Shown here: positions 50,781 through 64,000 of the stretch, piece after piece
Position numbering within the stretch: position 1 is the first letter of the stretch
How the letters are laid out: every line of letters begins with the position of its first letter
NCBI GenBank assembly: GCA_951406725.2
Contig: OX597830.1
Location: forward strand, 55,118,001-55,182,000
Direction: 5' to 3'
DNA: 64,000 bases
DNA from: Octopus vulgaris
Taxonomy: Eukaryota
Position numbers and translations under genes: made by a program
The notes under the pieces: model-generated
Told to the model about the DNA's origin: nothing
The model's database searches: none
Seen by the model: only the letters and a program-made list of their open reading frames with translations

Positions 50781-52439
50781 GACACCATCTGTGTGTGTGT
50801 ATTTTTTCCCCTCCTTTATTTGTGGATTTTCTTTACCTTAGGTTTCATGCATTATAATTTGCTGTTTTTAAATGCTCCATGTCAAAAAACATTTTATATC
50901 ATTGTCTCCATTTTCAATTTTGTTACTAATTTTTAGTGTTATCAACAATTTTACTGTAGAGAATTTGAAAATTGCTTATTATAAAGCATGAGACCAAAGA
51001 TAGTGAAGAAAATCCACAAAGTATTTATCCACCGATACAGTGTTGAGTACTCATTCTCACTGTTCACCACTATCGTGTATATACAAACACACAACCACCT
51101 CTCTATACATACATTAACAAACACCATTTCTCTCTCTCTCGACATCTGTTAACATCCTGTACATGTATAAACCTGTTTTCTCTCATTTGTACATGTATTA
51201 TAATTTATCCAAAGAAGTTACTTGTGTCATATAATTAAATATGTGGCCAGATAATGTATATCTCTACTACCATACATTCTTGCATTTAAATAATTTAAAT
51301 AATTATTGAAAGACATATGGTTTTATGGAGAACTGTATGTATATTGTCATAAATAAACAAGTTGGTATATTGTGTGTGTGTGTATGTGTTGGGTAAACAC
51401 AAAAGGTTATGGAAATCATATTAAATTTTATGAAAATGCCTCTCTACATTGAACAGCCCACTTACAAAAAAGACATTGTGCTTCAGAAAGAAATCATTCA
51501 CTGTGATAAGTGATATGATATAACAGTAAATTCTACAGTCTACAATTGTTTATGAAATAGGCTTGAAGTCATCAAAAATCTGAAAAGTATCAGTTTAACA
51601 AACCTAACCTTCCCAGCAACTAATTGATGTGGTTAATCTTACCCAAAGTCAATTTTTCATTGATGCTGTTGTGAAAGGCATGAATGTGACAGCTTATTGG
51701 TTTCTCTCCCCTACTAAAATATGTAACCACTTTTATTACCGTAGCAAAACACATCAATATTAAAGGGTCCAATCATGAAATATGCACTGATGCTGAAATG
51801 TTTTATGGATCTGTTTTCCAGTGTTCACCTTAATGTGTGTTGCTGTAACATTTAATGGAATATATTGTCTTGGTCATTTGTTGTTATATACAACCACTTG
51901 ATGATTCTATCAATGACCCCCTTCTTTCTTGTCATCTAGAATATAGTGTTGCTGAACTTTAGTAGATATTAGTGAATACTCATAATCTAATTTTTGTTGC
52001 AGTGGAATGATAGTCTGATTTGGTATGTAGCTTTAAAATTCAGTAACACCAAATGAATGTGTGTGTATGTAGTTACACATACATTCACACATACTTTGTG
52101 TATATAGTTGACCTTTCTGATAATGTATAACAGGAATTCAAGACTGCTTAGATGGAAAGTATTTTAATTCATCATGGAGTTTGATCTTCATTTGCCACAA
52201 AGAAAGATTGTTCTCACAAACTAATTCCATCATCATACTTTTCACTTTACTAGAACATCATCTTACTAAATCTATTGCCTAGGCTACAGTTAACTAAATT
52301 AACACCTGCAATTATCTGTTTGGTAGAATTTAGCCATCATCATTGGTAGGTGAAGAGAGGGCCGAAGGTTTCAAAGAATATTAAATTGTTGTTTTTTTTA
52401 TTTATTTATTTTTTAAACCTTGGTAAGAAGTGACTTCAG

Positions 52440-52503
52440 GTAAGTTATCTTCTTCCCATTTCTTTTTGTCATATTCTTTTCCTTAACTTTGCTCTAGGTG
52501 AGT
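52440..52503 (+). promoter_or_regulatory. Donor, pyrimidine tract and abutting acceptor/donor (TAG|GTGAGT); recursive-splice-like site
   Basis: CAG|gtaagt at 52440, a pyrimidine-rich AG-free tract of about 50 nt containing cttaac, and TAG at 52495-52497 immediately followed by GTGAGT. Confidence 0.45.
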
Positions 52504-52859
52504 CTGTGTGTGTGTTTTGCATTCTAAACTCTTAAATAAATAAATAAATTGAAACTGAAAGAAGAAAAAAAAAAAACAATGCTGTTAGAACATTCTTTGA
52601 GTTTTCAATTGCATGTCTTATAAATTTTCAATAACACTTCTTCATCAACCATTTCATTGCTAAACATGGTGCCTATACAAAAAGGAAGCTTTTATATCAA
52701 CTATAGCCTCATAAATTATCATTGTCCAACATAGATTAGTGATAATTTTGGTGGATAAAATGCCTTACCTTATTTAGTAACAGTCTTTGTTCGGGGTTTT
52801 AAACACCAAGATCATCTTTATCCTTCATTCAGAAGCCTATTCCATCTCATTAAATGTCT

Positions 52860-54345
52860 GGCCACAGCAACCTGGTAGAATCATTAGCACACTAAACGAC
52901 ATGATTAGTGGCATTTCATCCGTCTTTATGTTCTGAGTTCAAATTCTGCCATGATCAACTTTATCTTTAATCCTTTCAGGTTTGATGAAATAAATACCAG
53001 TTGAGCACCGGGCTTGATGTAATCTACTTGTCCCACCCCCCAAAATTTCAGGCCTTGTGCCTATAGTAGAAAGGATTATAATTATCAAGGCAGCAAGCTG
53101 ACAGAACCATTAGCCCACTGGACAACCTGCTTAGTGGCATTTTGTCCATCTTCACGTACTGAGGTTGACTTTGCCATTCATTCTTTTGGGATCACTACAA
53201 TAAACACCAGTTGAGCTCTGGGATTGATGTAATTGACTGGTCCCCTCAAACATTTCAGGCCTTGTGTCTATAGTAGACAGGTTACAACTGATTTCCTTGG
53301 ACACTGAGGATCTTTTGAACAATTTCACTGTTCCTAATAGATCAAGTTTCTGTATAAATGTACTTCTCCAGTTACTTCAGTTTCATTAAGGAAACTACTG
53401 AGTTTGTTAATAACAGTATCAAAGTTGTCTATAAGTAGTGGGATTATTTTGCAGAAACCCTCTAGCCTTTGCATTTCCCTTACAGTATCTGGGTTTTTCT
53501 CTCTATTTCCTCAGCTCAAATCTTGCTAACCTCTTTATTGCTCTTCATTGTCTAGATTTTATGAAGTAAATACCAGTCAGACACTATCCTGGTAACTTTA
53601 GCCACCTATTACTTCATTCTAGCTTTGTGCTGCTTTATCAGAAGACAGTTTGCTGTCAGCATACAATGGCCTGGAGATTACAGTATTGAACAACAAAACC
53701 TTAGATGATAAATATAACTAGATATTTCCTCTGACAAACTGTTTCCACCTCAACTTTATTTTATAATAGGAAAGTCATACTTCCAACCAAAAACACTTAC
53801 TCATTCTGGCATGGAAAATAAAATATTTGGGTGCTGGATTTGCAGAATCACGAGAGCATTGGACAAAATGCCTTGTGATATTTCTCCAGACTCTTTGTGT
53901 TCTGTGTTCAAATCCTTCCAAGGTCAATTTTGCCATTCATCCTTTTGAGATTCATAAATTAAAGTACCAGTCAAGTACTAGAGTTGATGACTGAATCATT
54001 AATATGTCGGACAGAATACTTAGTGGCATTTCTTTATGTTCTGAGTTCAAATCCTGTGAAGGTAAATTCTGCCTTCTGTCTTTTTAGAGTTAAAATGAAA
54101 TACCACCTGAGTATTGGGATCAGTGTAATCAACTTGTCCCCTTCCCTTAAAACTGTTGTATTTGTCAAAATTAATCAGAATTATTTGAACATTGAACTAT
54201 ATGGTAGTTGTTCCAACTCCTTACAATCTGAGTTCAAATCCTGCTATGGTCAACTTTGTCTTTAGTCCCCCTGAGGTTGATAAAATTGTCAGTCAAGTAT
54301 TGAGGCTGATTTTATAAACCTATCTCCCAAATTTGTGTTAGAAAT
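52860..54345 (+). mobile_element. Cluster of five same-orientation main-family SINE copies
   Basis: Units at about 52860-53078, 53087-53281, 53830-53985, 53990-54180 and 54200-54345, with the gagttcaaat...ggtcaacttt...accagt core (partly deleted in the second unit). Confidence 0.8.
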
Positions 54346-56995
54346 TAGTATATTAATTTCATTTTTTATATTAGTATTTGTCGATATATTTTTATATAAA
54401 AGCCCCCAACCACTTAACTGTATCTATGATTGATGACATTCTAAATAGTTGCTGTCTTCTACTCATTCTGATAATGAAGCTTTATAATAATAGCTTCATA
54501 GGCTGATATTTTTAAATGTCCTTTGAATCTTTTTCTTTTCAAAAGCCTGTTTCTTTATTATTATTTCTTTTATAATTCTCTTCATAGTTTAGTTTACTGA
54601 GCTTTTTATTATTAACTTGAGGATACCATTGTAAAATTTGGTATCACTTGTTAATTAAATATTTAAACATTACTATAGATAACCTGTCAAGATTTAGTTA
54701 ACCTTTCATTATTTAAATAGTGCAGAAAAATGTTGATTCTTAATAACTATGGTTCATAAGTAAAGTGTTTAGGCTTGGAATTCTAATAATTCCAAATCCA
54801 ATCTTATAGCTGTTTTATTATAGCTATAAACAGGTTTTGAGATCTCATCTCAGATGATAGGAAAACATAGGTTTAGTAAATGAAGCATATAGCCAGCTGT
54901 TTATATTGACTCTTGTTGAAGAGCAGTTCATTCTGTTCTCTTGTCTGTGTGTGTGTGTGTGTGTGACATTTTGTTAGAATTAGATGCTGATAGTATTAAG
55001 TTGATGATAATCTATGAGTCTATAGAGTTTTATTACATACTATGTGAATTATTCAGTTAGACTTATGATATTAACATATTTCAACATAGTTAGTTTCTTA
55101 GCCGAGGATTTTTCAACCACACCCACTTGTTACATTTTGTATTATTTCTTTGATCAAAAGTGTTCCATCAAGGACATCTTCACTTTTTAAGGGTATCTAG
55201 AAATACATTTCCCAATGTGTCTTTCCCTTCATGAAGACGGTTGGGTGTGAGTTGGAGATTTGGCTGCTATTTGTAACAGACCAAGTGTCCACATAGTCTC
55301 CCTTTCAGTGAATATAATAAATAAAGTGCATTTGCTAAAACAATGTACAGTAGTGAAATTAACATGCCTACTTCAGGGTTGAATGCAAAGAATAAATCAA
55401 CATTTCATGTCTATGTATACCAAGTCAGTCCCTTTTCACACACATATCTCCGAATTCAGCTATAAGGTAGTGTGTGCCCTTCAAATACTTGCCTTTGACT
55501 AAAAAGTTATATTGAATATTACTGCAATTTAAGTGGGTGGGCTAATTGTGTTAAGATCACCAGAAAAATATACTTCTCCATCTATTTATATGTACATATA
55601 TATTTATATATACATACATACACACATGTATATATATAATGTGTGCACAGTTTGATATATGTAATGTAATTGTTATTGTACATAAGAGAGAATGCATTGA
55701 TACCACTTCTTGTATTTCATGTTTGTTGTACTTATAAAAGCCACTCTGATCGGTGTTCATTATTAGTTTGAGTCAAGCCCAAATAGTTTATTGCATGGTC
55801 ATTTTTATGTTTGTTATTTCTATTTGCTATATATAACATAAGTATGCTGTTTGGTCTATCTGTATTTACTACCTAATATCCAAGCTAAATATATTAGAAG
55901 TGAGCTAAAGCAATACTGATTTCACTTTGCTCTAGCTCATCACTCATTTATAAACAATGGACAAAAAAAAAAAAAACCAAAATTTATTTTGTTACACCTA
56001 ATTTTGGTTAACATTGTTGTCGAAATGTTTGTATGTATGCACTGCTGTGTATGTACATGTTAGGAATATCGCCTGTTTCTTTCATTTCTATTTTCAATTA
56101 TGAGTGCAGTTATGGTATGATGAAACCATTTTCTAGTGACCTTTTTTTTTTGTCTCACAATAAAGTGCTACTAAGCACCCTTTTATTTATTATTTTATAG
56201 ACATATTTATATTTAAGTATTCATTCTTCTCAAGACAAAACCAATTTATTATCTTTTCCATTTTAAATGATAATTTCACCTTACTCATCATGTAATTGTT
56301 TTAACATTTTATTTATTATGCAAACTATATTTCTTTTAAATCATCCTTGCTATTTATAGTTGTGAAAATCCAAAATGTGTGTATGTATATATATATATAT
56401 AACATGTATATACACACACACACACACACGTATAGGTTTTATTGTTTTCGTTTCCTTTTGTTTTAAAGATGATTTAGTTTTTTTTTTAATGTTTTCATGA
56501 AGGCTGTTAAGATGTTAAATTTTGATCACCTTTATTTAAAAATAATTCTTTCATTTACCATTCAAATAATTTGAATTTGAAATATTAGTTCATATATTTT
56601 CATTAAAAAAAGTAATTCGCTACAAATCTGCTAATTGAATTTTAAATAGGATCTTTTAATCATTTTAATAATTGTTGACTACTTCAAAATGATAATTAAT
56701 TAGCTAGTTCAGCTCTAATTATTCATCCTGAAATATATTTTGTATAAATTTAGTTCTTAAGAAAAAGAAGAAAAATGTGATAAATGAATATGCTGAAAGA
56801 TATTTCAGTATTTTGTATAATTTCAATATTCATCTATATATTAGTAATTATTTATAGCTTGTCTATTTATAAATAATTTTTTTCTTTTCTTTCTATTGGA
56901 TTTAAGTAAATATGCTCATACTCTATAATTTTGTCCATTTACAATATTCTTGTAGAGATTTTCATTGGGTGGTTGCTTTGTTGCTTTCCACCTAG

Positions 56996-57005
56996 TTATG
57001 ACTAG
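56996..57005 (+). CDS. Candidate 10-nt microexon
   Basis: ttgctttgttgctttccacctag TTATGACTAG gtaagc, with two TGC motifs in the tract. Open only in phase 1. Confidence 0.3.
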
Positions 57006-57158
57006 GTAAGCCATGATCCAAATTTATGATCAGTCTGCTTTAGCTATTCTGACTTCTCTCCCTTTTCTCAGGCCATTGCATATATCATTGACTTGCTTAG
57101 AACAATGTGCCATCTCATCTCCAGGTTGCTTCCATTTGCCTCCTTTTTTTTTATGAGC

Positions 57159-57159
57159 C

Positions 57160-57191
<32 letters not shown>

Positions 57192-57296
57192 GTATGTATA
57201 TATATATACATACACATATGTGTATGTGTGTGTGCGTGTGTATATATATGTGTATGTATATATGTGTGTATGTGTGTGTGTGTATATATATATATG
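57159..57296. repeat. Compound (TA)n/(TG)n microsatellite, representative of many (e.g. 35000-35125, 38323-38393, 47254-47317, 50668-50800, 58550-58588, 59338-59381)
   Basis: Directly visible dinucleotide runs. Confidence 0.95.
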
Positions 57297-58547
57297 TTTA
57301 TCACTACTGCTTACTCACCCTCTTTGTTATGTTATACATGCAATCCAGATAGTTCTGGAACCATCTCTTTCAACCTTGCAAGTGGTTGTTCCTTGTTGCA
57401 TTTTATCTTCCGCAGCAATTTCTTTGCATCCTTTTCCTGTGCCTGTGTTGTGATATGCAGTTTCAAATTATTCAATTTGGAGTCGGGATTTTTATTATTA
57501 CTTGGTTTAATCCTTATTACTGAATCTCAGATTAGGAGCAATAATAACAGCCAGTAATAGCTATTTACTGTCACTGTTGACAGTGACTGCTCTCTTTCTC
57601 TCTCTCTGTCTGTCTCTCTCTCTCTCTCTATTGTATGTGTATATATATGTATATATATATATACACACATATATATATATATATATTGTGCTTAATGTTT
57701 GTTGCACTTTTGACTTGTAATGTCCTGTTTTGTTTTGTTATTGTTTTTTTTTCCAATTTTATTATTGTGTTGTCAATTATGTACATCTTAAATGTAGGCA
57801 TTTCCTTTCCATGTTTCTTCCTTCACTTTAAAGACCCAATGAAAAAAAAAACTGGTCTCACATTCTATTGTAATACCAAATCATTTCTGTTTAGTTTCAT
57901 GTGAAAGTTTTAGAGATATTTTATAGTTTGTTATTGTAACAGTTGTTTATCAAAATATAGATGTAACTTTGGGAATTACTTGTTATAGGTATTAGCAATT
58001 CTACAGTTAAAACTAAAAAGCTAGATATCTTTTTCTATAAAATAAGAAAGTTTTTTTCCTTAAGATTTTAGTTTTATTTTACAATCTTTCTCTAATTTTA
58101 ATCATCAGATGAAATGTGTAAGGAATGTTCTGAGAACTGATGTTAATTGAATATTTCCCCTCGTCCTTTACTTGATATCAGTATATATATATATATATAT
58201 ATCATAGGGGTACCAACATTTTCCTTGCTGGAAAATTTACTATTTCAAATATTATCATAAATTTTATATCAAAAGTAAATATGAACCTAAAAAATTAGTT
58301 CATAAAAGTTATCTGTTAATTGCCATGAAAAATTCTGCATTATATTTCAGTGTATATTATTAATGTTAACGTTCACTTGTTTAGTGCATGTGTATATTAG
58401 GGGTGCCAAATATATCTTTATTAATTCATTGTTTATGATTAGCTCTCAATTTGTAGAATTTCCCTTTGTTTAAACAGTTATCTGTTCAGACAGCTACTTG
58501 AAACATCTTCATCTAGCACAAAAATAATTGTATTTACCAGGAATATG

Positions 58548-58593
<46 letters not shown>

Positions 58594-59333
58594 GTACCAA
58601 TAATGCAGTAATATTCCTCACTAAAGTTAAAACAGCTTCAAATTGAACAATTGAACCACTAAAATATTTCCCCTATGATCATGTTTGACCTCAAAAAAAA
58701 AAAAAATAATAAAAAAAGTAGTGTCTGCTAGTACATATGTTCTGTCTCCACTGTCTGTAATTAAAGGTGATTATTTCATTGTTTGAAGAAAACCTTGATG
58801 TAGAAAGAGTTCCATCATAGTGCAGCTCTATTGAAAGATAGACTGAGACAGATATAAAATAAATGATTGGCTTTCATCTGAAATTCAGGTGACTTGATCC
58901 ACCAACTTGTCATTGGCTGTAAAGTGGTCTTTTAACAGTTTATCTTTACTTATTTAGTGGTAGGTTGTTTTTTTTTTTTTTAATGTTATCATCACAGATA
59001 TTCTTGTATGTGGTGCTGGTTTCTGTGGATCAGTTCAGAATTCAAAATATGGGCACCAAGTACTCTTGTGGGAGTATTTGTACCTTGTAGAAAGTTTATC
59101 TCAAGTAAAACTCAGCAATCTTAATGCTACTTTCCACTGAGATTTTCAAGTTTTCTGGGATCTATCCAATGTTGGCAGTAGGAACATTGTATGATAGTGG
59201 TATTGAGTTATATAAAAGGGGAGAGAGAGCAAAAGATCTTAACTGGAACTTGGTGTTTCTACGTGTCACTCCTCATTAATAGACATTAATGTAGGTGTCG
59301 AAAAATGAGAAAAGACTAAAGAGTGGTGTAAAT

Positions 59334-59384
<51 letters not shown>

Positions 59385-60819
59385 GCTGTTATGTTAAACT
59401 GTTGTATGTCCAAATTTGGCCAAACTATTTTTTTTTTCAATATTTATTTTTCTGGCAACAGCCAGTTCTTTTGATCAAACTATCATATCTCCAGCCACTT
59501 TAGATGCCAAGATATCAGAAATTGTCAAAGTCTAGTACAACGGTTTTGCTATGGAATGGTGAAACTACTTTTTTCGTTTTCTGGAAAAGCAACATTTTGG
59601 ACTTACAACACTTTCACATAATAGCAACAACATATATAAATACACACACATGTAGACTTGCTGGGTTATAACATCCACTTTAAATTTATCTTAGATTGAC
59701 AAATAATTTACTCTCAAACAACTCACACACTTCGTTCCTGTCTCATGTTGATTTCCTACTCATCTGATTCCAGTTCAACTCCATTAAAAACTACTTGTTG
59801 CTTCAGTCCTTGAACATTACTCAGGTTCCATCACTTTGTTTCATTCCTCAATCTTATCTTATCGTTAACTAACGTCATCTGTTCATTTTTCTTGACTACC
59901 ATCAGTGCTTGTAGAAACTCTTCACACGACCCTCAGTATTATTTGTTGATCAATTTAAGGTCAGAGCATTTATTAGTGTTAACCTTCCAATGACCATTGA
60001 ATTAATAATAATAATAAAAAAAAAGACTTAATTTCTGTATTTGAACCACTAAGTTTGTATAACTGGAGTTGCAGACATTAAGATTAATGAGATTTAAAAG
60101 AAAAAGGAAAAAAAATTATGCTTAAATATAAAAACTTAATTTTCACCATCTGATGGCTCTCCAATACATTTTTATTAGGTTTTAGATGTATCATTATTTA
60201 GTCTGAATCTCATTTTAGTATTTATAACCATATTTTCACATTTCTTAGCATTTTTCTTCCTTCGTTCATGGATTTCTGATTTGGATCTAATTTCAATGAA
60301 AACATTTTTTAGCCAACATAAAATGCTTGTGCATTACACTATGTAAAAATATATGACTTGATGCTAATCTGATGAAGTGTCATTTCATTATAATCAACCA
60401 CAAATATTGCATAAGTTTTCACAGAGGAATCATTTAGATGCAGTGGCATCAGAAATAGTAGTACAGAAACAATTGTAACTAATGATATAGTTGTGCTCAA
60501 TTCATTCTTCTGTTATATATTACTTTTTGTAAGAGATGCACACTGCTTTTACCAGTGATGTACCTGGAGTCTCTGCACCAATGGACTTAACCTTTTTCTC
60601 AAGGTTCCAATTCAAGGGTGTAGATGGCCAGGAATTCGGGTTGAGTACTGCATTGGAAACACTGATTTTCTATCTTATCAAGGCCTACACTATATGTGTG
60701 CGTGTGTGTATGATGTATGTATGTATGTATGTGTGTGTGAGTATATTTTCTATTTGTTTTCTGAAATAAGTTTTGAGCATGTATTTCCTTTTTAAGCAAT
60801 AGATAATTAAAAGTACCAA

Positions 60820-61044
60820 CCCTTTTGTTACCATAATTCTTTTGAAAAAATATTGCTTTTGTTTCAATTAATTGTGAAAATAATCAAGAATTTTGTAAAA
60901 TAATTTTGTCCTTATTAAGCTGGTATTTGGAACAAAACTGACTTGAAATTTGTTGGAAGGTTTTAATTTTTTGGAAGATGACTATAAAACAGGAAATTTG
61001 TATCTTAACCAGAGACAGCCTCAGACACATTGGTATCAAAAGGA
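60820..61044 (+). mobile_element. piggyBac-like MITE
   Basis: Starts cccttttgttacca and ends tggtatcaaaagga followed by TTAA. The internal sequence is homologous to 43655-43861. Confidence 0.7.
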
Positions 61045-62777
61045 TTAAGTATCAAAGAAACTCACTTAGATCAGTGCTGATTTAGAATAACAGATAAAGC
61101 TTGAGGTGGCTTTCTTTATGACATTAAAACCGTAAGTTAAATGTTGGGGTGCCTTATACTAGCAGTACTGGGGTTTGTAATGATAAAGATGTTTCATAAC
61201 ATCGAATACCACAAAAGCAAACTTAATCTAGGCATTATTATAAAATGTTCATGTCTATTTCTGTTACTACTCAGTTTTTTGTTTTATAAACTGTAAGCAA
61301 TGATTTTAATTTCTACAAGTGTTAGCATGTATTTTAAAAGTATAAAAAAAAAAGTTTCCAGATATATTTCAATGTCTATTTTTACCTCTTTACTATTGTT
61401 ATTGCCACATTCTCGCATGTGTGTATAGATTTTCTTTATACATTGTAATACATATGATTGCATGATTCTTTCAATTTAGTTGTTTTGTTTTTGTTTTTTG
61501 TTTTTTTTTAATCTTTTCATGATTACATTATAAGGTTTATTGTTTCATTAAAAGACCTTTTTGTGACAGATGAAAATTTCATGTGTGTGTGTGTGTACAT
61601 GTGTGTTGATGGATGAAAAGTAATGTAAGTGTAATTGTGTGGATGGAAGAAAACTAATGTGTGTGTGTGCTATTCATTTTGCTGCACTTTCTATAGTAAT
61701 TCTTCTTAAACATTGATTTTTTTTCCTGCCCAGTTCCTATATTTGTTTCCAAAATGCAATATAGTTGGACTAGCAGAGTATTATAGCTGAATGTGTATAG
61801 TATTGTTTAGAGCAATGTAGGCAATTGATTCTTCTTTAACCAGTGCTTCCTCTCCTCTTTTAGACAGGTGTCTGTGGTAAACCACTAGATAGCTATCTAC
61901 TGCAGTTGTAAAGTAAGCCATATTGTCTTGTGAATTCTGTTCCCTATAACACTCACTTAAGGCATAGTTTGCTATTGCTGTTGAGAAAACTGTTTCTCTT
62001 TCTTCCCACCTAATGTATATATACATACATATATATACTGCCTTAATACAAGCATGAGCTAGATTTTAGACCCTCTATTATTGTCAAATTATAACCCCAA
62101 TTTAGTATATATAGAAACTATGCATTTATTATATTCAATAGTGTTTTTTGTTTCTATTTTTTTTCTCTCCCTGTGTATTACAAAAAAAAAAAATAATAAT
62201 GAAAACTGCATTAGTGCTTCCATGGTGTGTTCACTATTTCATCTAATTTCATGAAATTGAGGTGCAAAAACTTATCACTTGATTCAACATAAAGCAAACG
62301 TTACACAACTTGTATTCAAAGCTACCATATGATTTGAGTAAAATTTTAAAAAAGAATTAATTCATTTCTTCTCTTTCATGCTTCCATATATTGTCAATAT
62401 GTAATAAGCAGATTTTCTACAATAATTTCTTGTAGATTTTTACCATCAATTTTCATACATTTTGCCTTTTCATTTCAATGTTTTTTTTTTTATTATTATT
62501 TTGCCAAATTTTGCTTTTAAAAGCATGTATGTGTAAATTATAAAGGACAAGCTATATGAAAATTTAATACAACTGTAAATTTTGCTACTAAATTTCTTTG
62601 AGAACAAAGTCTAATTTGATTAAGATGAAATGTTTCATCTCTTCATCTGCTGAAGTTGTGAAGGTGAAAGCAAATGAAATGATATAGCCCTGAGGGAAGA
62701 AACTTTATCACAACCTTTTATATTGTAACTCTGGACATGACAGTAGCTGATTCCAGTTGCATCTTACTGTTGTGCAG

Positions 62778-62823
62778 GCAGTACCAGGAAAGGCCCACTT
62801 CAACAAGTACCACGTTTCTCCAT
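62778..62823 (+). CDS. Weak candidate 46-nt exon (phase 2 to 0; QYQERPTSTSTTFLH)
   Basis: Acceptor ttgcatcttactgttgtgcag, donor CAT|gttagc, GC-richer than the flanks. Confidence 0.25.
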
Positions 62824-62895
62824 GTTAGCACACACACGCACACACTAGATATTTAAATTTGAAAAGAGGCAATAAATAATAATAATAATAATAAT

Positions 62896-63107
62896 AATCC
62901 TTTCTACTAAAGGCAAAAGGCCTGAAATTTTGGGGCATGGGGCTAGTCAAATACATTGACCCCTGTGCGTAAGTGGTACTTATTTCATCAACCCCAAAAG
63001 GATGAAAGGCAAAGTCGACCGTGGTGAAATTTGAACTCAGAGCACAAACAAAATGCCACTAAGTATTTTGCCTAGTGTGCATAATGATTCTGCCAGATCA
63101 CCACCTT
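62896..63107 (-). mobile_element. Main-family SINE copy, antisense, with (AAT)n tail
   Basis: Reverse complement of the family core: atcctttctacta...ggatgaaaggcaaagtcgacc...atttgaactcaga...gattctgccag. Confidence 0.85.
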
Positions 63108-64000
63108 AATGATAATAATCTTTAGAAATTCCTCTTGTTGCATTTGGTTCTGTTGATTTTTTTTTTTAATGGCCTTTCATATAAGGGGGCATGATGATGT
63201 AGGGATGTCTAGAACAATCCAATTAACTCACAAAGACAGTGTGAGGTGAATGGAAATCAGTTTTGTTTCACTGATTTCTATATGTTGCTGCCTCTGACTA
63301 TCAAAACATGTTGGTAGTGGTTACTGTTGTTGGTAGGAGAAATTTTTATCTGATGGTGTACCAAGGAAAGGAAAATAAAAAAAAAATATAAAAAAAAGCT
63401 AAGACTTTCTCTTCTTTATTAAATATGCTTTTCTTCACAAGGTACCTAACATTGTTAATTTCTACTCTCTGTCATTGATATTCAATTGACATGGGGTTCC
63501 TGCTAACAATATGTCATTTGTGTAAGAAAATACTATTTCGATTAAGTAAATGTATCATATCTCTGCTTTTTTTTATTTATTTTTATTTTCTTTTATTCCT
63601 CCCATTCTGTTGTTCTTATCTGAACCAGCATTGTGGAAGATGATTTTGTTGAAAGTTTCATATGGATAAAACTGAGATGTTTCTGTATCTTAAAATGAGG
63701 ACATTAGTGGGCAGTGGGCTGGAATATGTAAATTTGAATAAAAATTCACTGTATAAAACAAAGAAATATTTTCTTTTTATTTTTATAAATTTATCAGTTT
63801 CTTTTTGATAGGAGTTCAATTTTCAGTTCCAGAGTTGATATCTGAGCTAAAATGTGCACAAACATGATTTAAATCATAATCTATATTTAAGAATATATAT
63901 AATTTAATTTCCCCATCATTCTGTTAATGGAAACATCTCAAGTTTTACCATTTGAAATATTAAGATGGAGAATATAAAATAAAAAGATTGAATTGAAACT

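Overview
AT-rich, microsatellite-laden eukaryotic DNA. I infer an octopus (coleoid cephalopod) from the recurring tRNA-derived SINE families; this is recognition by eye, not a search result. The window looks like the interior of one very long-intron gene on the + strand. Two exons are well supported (16576-16649 and 31361-31498) and can be joined in phase with a 45-nt cassette (21168-21212) and an 18-nt microexon (2547-2564). Joined, they give a low-complexity linker/tail peptide: xTEAIK-GKSGVVGPKKSEQLTISHGVVSDSQ-DKGETESMTAGPPKP-NKSGPNETEPLSSEMETVIIQGTDFAKEFEKPNDRASHIKIGRAKQ. I do not recognise the gene. The introns hold further frame-compatible microexon candidates, two candidate stop-codon exons and an AG|GTGAGT zero-length-exon (recursive-splice-like) site. 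The rest is transposon-derived: two DD37D (maT) elements, one rearranged to carry two left ends; a deleted mariner; a non-autonomous Helitron; piggyBac-like MITEs; a 274-bp fold-back; many SINEs; and Penelope-like pieces with two different minimal hammerhead ribozymes, one directly behind a tRNA-like Pol III head. Nearly all ORFs in the supplied track are microsatellite or repeat artefacts. I found no prokaryotic-type system, and all splice calls are predictions that need RNA-seq.
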